Below are positions 57,737 through 64,000 of a DNA stretch of 64,000 nt, in pieces. Position 1 is the first letter of the stretch; every line of letters begins with the position of its first letter. Origin of the DNA: Promethearchaeati archaeon (GTDB taxonomy: Archaea > Asgardarchaeota > Heimdallarchaeia > Heimdallarchaeales > Heimdallarchaeaceae); assembly GCA_013166775.1 (NCBI GenBank), contig JABLTJ010000001.1, forward strand, positions 96,001-160,000. The letters are read 5' to 3'. A program made the translations under genes and the position numbers. The notes under the pieces are model-generated. The model was given only the letters and a program-made list of their open reading frames with translations. It was not told the origin of the DNA and did not search any database.

Positions 57737-60700
57737 CTATATGGGCACAATGCCTATTGCAACCTTATATCCATCAAATTCCCATTCTTTAACATGTCCA
57801 TCTGTTGGTTGTTCTTCTCTAAGCTCAGTACTTAATGTTTCACTCATTATGAAATCCTTGAATTTTTCAATTGCAATAGTTCCAAATTCATCAGCTTTGA
57901 CTGTTAATTGTATGTTTTGTGTATATTCGAGATCCAACTCTTTTCTCATTGTTTGAATGCGTCGAATTATATCTCTAACATAACCTTCTCGTTTTAGTTC
58001 TTCAGTAATCGTTGTATTAAATAAAAGGAGATATCCTTCTGATTCTTCTCCGGTAAATCCTTCAAGAACCTCTATTTTATAATTTACATCTTCTGGTGTT
58101 AAAGTATATTTCTTGTCATCAATATTCAAAGAGAAATTTTTACCTTCTGATAACAGATTAACATAATCGCTTGCAGTTTGCGTGTCTAGCTGACTTAACT
58201 GCGTTCTGATTTTGTTTATTTCTGATTTTACTTTTGGTGCTAGAGCTTTGAAATTTGGTGATATTTGATATTTAACAAGTTCATCTGAAGTTTCTTGCAA
58301 AGCAACTTTCTTTACATTAAGTTCTTCTCGTAGCACATCGTTATATTTTTCTATCAATTTCTCCTTACCAATTGGTGCTATTATAACTAATTCAGACAGA
58401 GGTTGTCTAAGTTTTATGTTCGCAGACGATCTGATACTTCTTCCAGTAGTTACTAGTGAAAGTACAGCATTCATGTCTTGGGATAATTCTGAATCAGTGT
58501 GTTTTTTGGTAAAGGTTGGATACATACACAAATGGACACTTTCAAGTTCATCTGGATTCAATCTTCTTACGAGATTCTGGAATAGTTGTTCCGATATGAA
58601 TGGTAAAAATGGTGCAAGTATTTTAGACATTGTTACCAAAATCTCATAGGTTGTTATGAAAGCAGATTTCTTTTCCAAATCAAGTCCATCTTTCCAAAAT
58701 CGACGTCGAGATTGACGTAGATACCAATTACTGAATTTATCTAGGACAAACTTTTCAAATGCTTCAACTGCTATATGAATTGTCATATTTTCAAGTGCTT
58801 CATTTACTGCTACTATTAGATAGTTGACTTCACTTATCAGCCATTTATCAAGCTCTGGCCTCTCTTTTAGAGGAACAAAGAATGCTTCTTTATCGAACTG
58901 ATCCACATTTGAGTTTGAAACAAAGAAACTATAACTATTCCAAAGTGTCAGTATGAATTTCTTCATCGTTTCATATATTTGATTTGCATCAACTCGTATA
59001 CTATTCCATGTAGGATAAGAAAATAAAAACCATCTTACTGCATCCGCACCATATTTTGGGATTACATCATTAGCAAAGATAACATTTCCTTTGCTTTTAC
59101 TCATTTTTTTACCTTTCTCATCGAGTGTATGTCCCATCGTTAAGCAGCTCTTGAAAGCTGGTTTATCAAATAGAGTTGTACTTATAGCAAGTAAAGTATA
59201 GAACCATCCTCGTGTTTGATCGATAGCTTCGGTGATGAAATCATAGGGAAAGTGCTCATCGAATAATTCCTTATTTTCAAATGGATAATGATATTGAGCA
59301 AAAGGAGCACTTCCTGAATCATACCATGTGTCAACCACATAGGGAACTCGCTCACAGATATCTTCACATTCTTGGCACTTGAAAGTTATTTCATCTACCC
59401 AAGGTCTATGTAAGCTGAAATCCTCTGGTAATAGTTTTCCATATAAGGTTTTGAGCTCCTCTAAACTTCCTATCACTGTTCTATGGCCATTACCACATAT
59501 CCAGATAGGTAGAGGTGTTCCCCAGTATCTGTTTCTTGAAAGAGCCCAATCTCTTGCTTCTTTTATGAAATTCCCAAATCTTCCTTCCTTAAGATAAACA
59601 GGTTGCCAGCGTATCTTGTCATTATTCGCTACCAATTGCTCTCTTAATTTAGACATTTCAATGAACCAAGACTCTGTTGAATAATAAAGCAAAGGCCCGT
59701 CACATCGGTAGCAGAAGGGATATGTGTGTTTATATGTACCTTTCTTGAATAACAATCCTCGATTTTCAAGATTTTTCATAATTTTAGAATCTGCTTTCTT
59801 TACAAATAATCCTGAAAAATCTCTTATTTCTTCTGAGAAGGTACCGTCTTCTAGAACTGGATTCATTAGAGGTAATCCATATTTTTTCCCTATTTCTGCA
59901 TCATCCTCTCCAAATGCAGGAGCAGAGTGAACAACTCCTGTACCCTCTTCGGTGGTCACATAATTTGCTAGTGTCACATAAAACGCTTCTTCTTTAGGAA
60001 CAATAAAGGGAAAGAGTTGCTCGTATTTGTTAAATTCGAGATCTTTTCCTTTGAATCTCTGAATTACAATGTAATCCACTAGTAGCTTCTCAGCTATGGC
60101 TTCAGCCAAAATTAGTTTCTCTCCATTATATTCAACTTGAACATAATCTACTTCTGGGTGCAATGTTAGACACACATTAGATATTAAAGTCCAGGGAGTA
60201 GTTGTCCAGGCTAAATAGTATGTGTTCTCAAAATCTAAGGATTTAAATTTCACATGTATTGAAGGATCTGTTGTTTCCATCATTCCTTGTCCAACTTCTG
60301 CTTGTGATAATGGTGTTCCGCATCTTGGACAATATGGAACGACTTTATATCCCAAATACATTAATCCTTTATTATATATCTCTTTCAAAGACCACCATAC
60401 GCTTTCAACGTAATTCTCGTCCATAGTAACATATGGATTGTCAAGATCAAGCCAGAAACCTATCCTCTTAGACATATCATGCCATTCTTTTACATACTTG
60501 AATACAGACTTTCTGCAAGCTTCATTAAAATTGCTTAAACCATATTCATCAATTTGTGATTTACTACTAAATCCTAGTTCCTTTTCAACTTCAAGTTCAA
60601 CAGGAAGTCCATGACAATCCCATCCTGCTATCCAGGGGACAATATTATATCCATGCATTGATTTATGTCTTAGATATACGTCTTTGATAGCTCTTGTTAA

Positions 60701-60910
60701 AGCATGTCCAATGTGAGGAAGACCATTAGCTGTTGGAGGACCTTCTAACCATCTAAAAAGAGGTCCTTCATTTCGTAATTTACGAACCTTGTCAAATATC
60801 TTCTTCTTCTCCCAGAATTCCAATACCTTTTCTTCTTCTTCTGCAAAAACAGGCAATGCTTTAACGGTTTCAAATACGTGTTTCTTCTTTTCCAAAATAA
60901 ACAACTCCAA
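57737..60910 (-). CDS. ileS: Isoleucine--tRNA ligase
   Basis: EGPPTANGLPHIGH, GWDCHGLPVE, WTTTPWTL, DQTRGWFY, KMSKS; start possibly TTG at 60895. Confidence 0.96.
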   Translation of the reverse strand: MELFILEKKKHVFETVKALPVFAEEEEKVLEFWEKKKIFDKVRKLRNEGPLFRWLEGPPTANGLPHIGHALTRAIKDVYLRHKSMHGYNIVPWIAGWDCHGLPVELEVEKELGFSSKSQIDEYGLSNFNEACRKSVFKYVKEWHDMSKRIGFWLDLDNPYVTMDENYVESVWWSLKEIYNKGLMYLGYKVVPYCPRCGTPLSQAEVGQGMMETTDPSIHVKFKSLDFENTYYLAWTTTPWTLISNVCLTLHPEVDYVQVEYNGEKLILAEAIAEKLLVDYIVIQRFKGKDLEFNKYEQLFPFIVPKEEAFYVTLANYVTTEEGTGVVHSAPAFGEDDAEIGKKYGLPLMNPVLEDGTFSEEIRDFSGLFVKKADSKIMKNLENRGLLFKKGTYKHTYPFCYRCDGPLLYYSTESWFIEMSKLREQLVANNDKIRWQPVYLKEGRFGNFIKEARDWALSRNRYWGTPLPIWICGNGHRTVIGSLEELKTLYGKLLPEDFSLHRPWVDEITFKCQECEDICERVPYVVDTWYDSGSAPFAQYHYPFENKELFDEHFPYDFITEAIDQTRGWFYTLLAISTTLFDKPAFKSCLTMGHTLDEKGKKMSKSKGNVIFANDVIPKYGADAVRWFLFSYPTWNSIRVDANQIYETMKKFILTLWNSYSFFVSNSNVDQFDKEAFFVPLKERPELDKWLISEVNYLIVAVNEALENMTIHIAVEAFEKFVLDKFSNWYLRQSRRRFWKDGLDLEKKSAFITTYEILVTMSKILAPFLPFISEQLFQNLVRRLNPDELESVHLCMYPTFTKKHTDSELSQDMNAVLSLVTTGRSIRSSANIKLRQPLSELVIIAPIGKEKLIEKYNDVLREELNVKKVALQETSDELVKYQISPNFKALAPKVKSEINKIRTQLSQLDTQTASDYVNLLSEGKNFSLNIDDKKYTLTPEDVNYKIEVLEGFTGEESEGYLLLFNTTITEELKREGYVRDIIRRIQTMRKELDLEYTQNIQLTVKADEFGTIAIEKFKDFIMSETLSTELREEQPTDGHVKEWEFDGYKVAIGIVPI

Positions 60911-60917
60911 AATCTTT

Positions 60918-61008
60918 GTTACTAACTTGATGAGGCACGCTATGATGGTATTTTAAAAGAGTCACTTTAGTAGCGAATTTCGCGATCCATCCTGATTCCT
61001 CTTGTAAC
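60918..61008 (-). promoter_or_regulatory. Candidate structured 5' leader of ileS
   Basis: Nested pairings GTTAC/GTAAC, GAGG/CCTC, GATGG/CCATC enclose the hairpins GCGAA/TTCGC and AAAG/CTTT; TATA-like TTTTTAAG at ~61032-61039. Confidence 0.4.
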
Positions 61009-61072
61009 TACTTTTTTCTTACCATTTTCCACTTAAAAACTTTCTGTCTAACGATAGTGGATGCATTATCCT

Positions 61073-61525
61073 CTAATTTAGTATATTTTTACTTATTAGG
61101 AATTCCCGGAAATTGACATCCTTTGTAAAAGCTCTCAACTTCATTGCTAATTTTATAATATTTGCTGACGATGTTATTGAAACCTTACCATGAAAGAGCT
61201 CTTCTTTATCTAACCTAATGTAGAACATGTTATTCTTCTGATCAAATCTTTCATCAAATTCAATCCCTAGCTTTGTTTTTTCTTCACTGGGAGTGATAGA
61301 TGAGAAATATCTAAGGATTTTTTCAATAATGCTAGCTCTTGTAAAAGCGATATTAACAAAATCAATTGGATTCTGATACCCTCCTTCAAGCTCATCAATA
61401 TTAATTTCCATTTGTTCTAAGATTCCATCTGGAATAATGTTACTTAATGATTCCATGTTTTTTTCAAGATCTTCAGTAGCATGTACGGAAAAAGTAATCA
61501 CAAGTTTGGTAATTGTGATATCCAT
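61073..61525 (-). CDS. DUF54-family RNA-binding protein
   Basis: VHATED.EK, G.Y.NPI, FYIRLDK; neighbour of eL15. Confidence 0.82.
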   Translation of the reverse strand: MDITITKLVITFSVHATEDLEKNMESLSNIIPDGILEQMEINIDELEGGYQNPIDFVNIAFTRASIIEKILRYFSSITPSEEKTKLGIEFDERFDQKNNMFYIRLDKEELFHGKVSITSSANIIKLAMKLRAFTKDVNFREFLISKNILN

Positions 61526-61561
61526 CCTACAACCTCTTGAGAATAGAAAAAAGAAGAAAAA

Positions 61562-62191
61562 CTAATTTCCTCTGCGTTTGTGTCTTCTTAATGAAGGTCT
61601 GTTTTTCTCTGTTCCAAATCCTCTTTTATGGAGACCTCTTCCTTTTCTGCCTGAACTTGTTAAACCTCTATGTACTCTACCTCTATGAATAGGGTTTTTC
61701 ATATAGAAAACATCGTCTCCTCTATACTCTTTAATGGAAACCCAGCTTGTTCTAGGATCTTTTGCGATAACAGGGTGCTGAGGATCTATTAGTATAATTT
61801 CGAAGAATTTACTTCTTCCATCTTGACCAACCCAATAGGAGTTCAAAACTTCCATATTACTATACTTACGAGCAACTCTTTCCTCTGCAATCAACTTGAT
61901 GCTTTTCTTAGGAGTTATTTTTCTCACACCAAGATTTCTAGATTTTCTTCCTCTTACTGGTCTTTGTTTTCTCCTTCCACCTCTTCGGACACGTGCACGA
62001 ACAATTACATAACCTTGTTTTGCTCTATATCCAAGGGCTCGAGCTCTATCAAGTCGTGTGGGTTTCTCAACTCGTTCAATAGCTCCCTCTCTTCTCCACT
62101 GAATGACTCTCTCTCTCATCAAAGCTTTAAACTCAGGAGAATTGCGATTCCTCCAAAACTCTCCAATATATCTATACATACTTTTTGTCAT
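61562..62191 (-). CDS. rpl15e: 50S ribosomal protein L15e
   Basis: [36 protein letters not shown]...GLTS.G. Confidence 0.96.
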   Translation of the reverse strand: MTKSMYRYIGEFWRNRNSPEFKALMRERVIQWRREGAIERVEKPTRLDRARALGYRAKQGYVIVRARVRRGGRRKQRPVRGRKSRNLGVRKITPKKSIKLIAEERVARKYSNMEVLNSYWVGQDGRSKFFEIILIDPQHPVIAKDPRTSWVSIKEYRGDDVFYMKNPIHRGRVHRGLTSSGRKGRGLHKRGFGTEKNRPSLRRHKRRGN

Positions 62192-62361
62192 CTTAATCAC
62201 CGAACGATTCCTTTCGACATCTCGTTGGTTAATCTCCCAAACAAAGTATTAGTTTTAAAATTTCCTATTTTGTTGTTTTTCTAGGAAGAAGTCATTTGAA
62301 ATCCATCCGGGAGTTTTTTGATTGGTTTTTATATCAAGAACACTACTATTATTGAGTTTAA

Positions 62362-63534
62362 GTGCCTAGTATCCTAGAAAAACTTCGAATATTAGGAGAA
62401 GCAGCTAAATACGACTTATGCGCATCGACGGCTTCTCCAAGGGCTCATACTCCTGGTTCAATAGGTAGAGCTGTTGCTTCTGGTGTCTGCCACTCATTTC
62501 TTCCAGACGGACGATGCATTAGTCTACTCAAGGTGTTAATTACAAATCAATGTATACACGATTGTGTTTACTGTGTAAATTCAACTTCAAACATGAAGGG
62601 AAAGAAGAGAGTCTCTACTTCTTTCAATCCAGAGGAATTGGCACAGTTAACTATTGGATTTTATTTAAGAAATTATATAGAAGGACTGTTTATTAGTTCT
62701 GGAGTAGGAAAAAGTGCTGAATGTCAAGCAGAAATTATGCATGAAACACTAGAACTTCTCCGATTAAAATATAGATTTGATGGCTATATACATGCAAAAG
62801 TTTTACCTGGAATAAACTTAGATAATCTCAAACGCATAACAGAGCTAGCTGACAGAGTGAGTATAAATGTTGAACTTCCAAATAAAACCCGTTTTGCAGA
62901 AACATGTTCAACCAAAGATTTTCAAAATGATATAATCAGAGTAACAAAATGGCTACCTGATCTACAATCTCGAGGACATATTCCCGCAGGATATACTACT
63001 CAATATGTAATAGGAGCTGCATCTGAAACTGACAAAGAGATACTTGAACGTATCTTTGAATTTTATACAACAAACTGGGATTTCAAAAGACAATACTACT
63101 CTACTTGCCTTCCAATAGATAGTAAGCAAAAATCTTTTCCTCGTTCATTCTTTCAAAGAGAACATAGACTTTACCAGATAGATTGGTTACGAAGAATCTA
63201 TAAATTTACTTCAAAGGAACTTATTTCAATTGTTAATGACGAAGGATTCATTCCACTAAAGGAAGATCCAAAAATAACTTTAGCGAGGAGAAATCGCGAT
63301 TTATTTCCAATTGATATCAATGATTGCGAATATATGGATTTAATGAAAGTTCCAGGAATTGGTCACCTCTCGGCAACTAGAATTGTTAAATTACAGAATC
63401 AAGGAGTAAAAATTACAAAGACACAGCAATTAAAATCAATTGGGATTGTTCTCAAGAGAGCTCTTCCATTTTTGACAATAGGAGAAAAAACTCAGTTAAC
63501 ACTAGATAATTTTACAAGAACAATAAGGAAGTGA
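62362..63534 (+). CDS. Putative DNA modification/repair radical SAM protein with C-terminal HhH
   Basis: KL.IL...AKYD, GVCHSF.PDGRCISLLK, C.HDC.YC, REHRLYQ.DWL.R.Y.F, VPGIG. Confidence 0.9.
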   Translation: MPSILEKLRILGEAAKYDLCASTASPRAHTPGSIGRAVASGVCHSFLPDGRCISLLKVLITNQCIHDCVYCVNSTSNMKGKKRVSTSFNPEELAQLTIGFYLRNYIEGLFISSGVGKSAECQAEIMHETLELLRLKYRFDGYIHAKVLPGINLDNLKRITELADRVSINVELPNKTRFAETCSTKDFQNDIIRVTKWLPDLQSRGHIPAGYTTQYVIGAASETDKEILERIFEFYTTNWDFKRQYYSTCLPIDSKQKSFPRSFFQREHRLYQIDWLRRIYKFTSKELISIVNDEGFIPLKEDPKITLARRNRDLFPIDINDCEYMDLMKVPGIGHLSATRIVKLQNQGVKITKTQQLKSIGIVLKRALPFLTIGEKTQLTLDNFTRTIRK

Positions 63535-64000
63535 AGAAAACGTCATTTATATGTGATCACTCAGCTAAAGAATATTTTCAAGCAGCATGCTTGCACACAA
63601 AAACAACTGAGGATTTTATAATCAAAGCTAATGAATTATACCGATCAAATCCTCATGAGATAACAACAGGATGCACCATATTTGGTAAACTAATCAAAAG
63701 AAGAGCAAACTCTGTTCTACGTGAAATTCATCATTTATCAGCTTATATAAGATTAAAACCATTCCCAGAAATGCTTCTTGTAGGAAAATGCCGTCCTGAT
63801 CATAAAACAGGACATTTAATAGCTAAATCTCTAGCAAGAAGATTTGGTAATTTCATTATTGTAGTTATCACTCCAAGTAATAATTATCTTGCTACTGAGA
63901 GATTAGATATCGCTAACATTCCTGAATTTAAAGAACATAATAAAAAGAATCTAATTGATCAGGTACGTGAATTTGCAGATAAAACTCTTACTGAACGAAT
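63531..64000 (+). CDS. DUF4130-family partner of the DNA-repair radical SAM protein (3'-truncated by the window; absent from the ORF track)
   Basis: GTG overlaps the upstream stop; translates ...SVLREIHHLSAYIRLKP...CRPDHKTGHLIAKSLARRFGNFIIVVITP. Confidence 0.8.
   Translation, partial: MKKTSFICDHSAKEYFQAACLHTKTTEDFIIKANELYRSNPHEITTGCTIFGKLIKRRANSVLREIHHLSAYIRLKPFPEMLLVGKCRPDHKTGHLIAKSLARRFGNFIIVVITPSNNYLATERLDIANIPEFKEHNKKNLIDQVREFADKTLTER

Noticed and set aside
2173-62284. Numerous short antisense or overlapping ORFs in the track (e.g. 2173-2427, 4676-5068, 7293-8800, 24090-24517, 50316-50645, 58416-60413, 61823-62284)
   Set aside because: They lie opposite or within confidently identified genes and have no recognisable motifs
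1-64000. CRISPR arrays, tRNA and rRNA genes
   Set aside because: No regularly spaced direct repeats, cloverleaf/TTCGA arms or long GC-rich RNA genes seen

Overview
AT-rich archaeal chromosomal window, most likely from an Asgard archaeon (Heimdallarchaeia-like). This assignment is an inference from the mix of archaeal information-processing genes (RadA, PolB1-type polymerase, aIF2-gamma, Rpo7/Spt4, TFB, eS24/eS31/eS1/eS6/uS15/eL15, Rpp30/Pop5, IleRS) and eukaryotic-signature-type genes (two Rab-like GTPases, Roadblock/LC7, a WD40 protein, a TRAP-beta-like protein). Most of the window is housekeeping. There is also a 9 kb cluster of an ATP-citrate-lyase-like enzyme, aconitase-family dehydratases and an isocitrate-family dehydrogenase (14.1-23.1 kb). 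The outstanding feature lies at ~29.7-35 kb: an abrupt purine/pyrimidine strand-polarity switch at ~31,180-31,196, inside the coding sequence of a Rab-like GTPase and centred on an imperfect palindrome. Synonymous sites are almost purely purine on the + strand to the left and purine on the - strand to the right, whatever the gene direction. Immediately to its right is a decayed accessory island carrying three co-oriented, divergent remnants of one unknown gene family with possible primase (AEP/PriX-like) motifs. Together these suggest an undescribed chromosome-level cis site (replication origin, terminus or translocase-polarity site) that also attracts repeated mobile-element insertion. Several intergenic structured-RNA candidates are present, including a convincing box C/D guide complementary to the 23S rRNA peptidyl-transferase region. 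I saw no tRNA, rRNA or CRISPR array. All family assignments come from motif recognition by eye, not from database searches.
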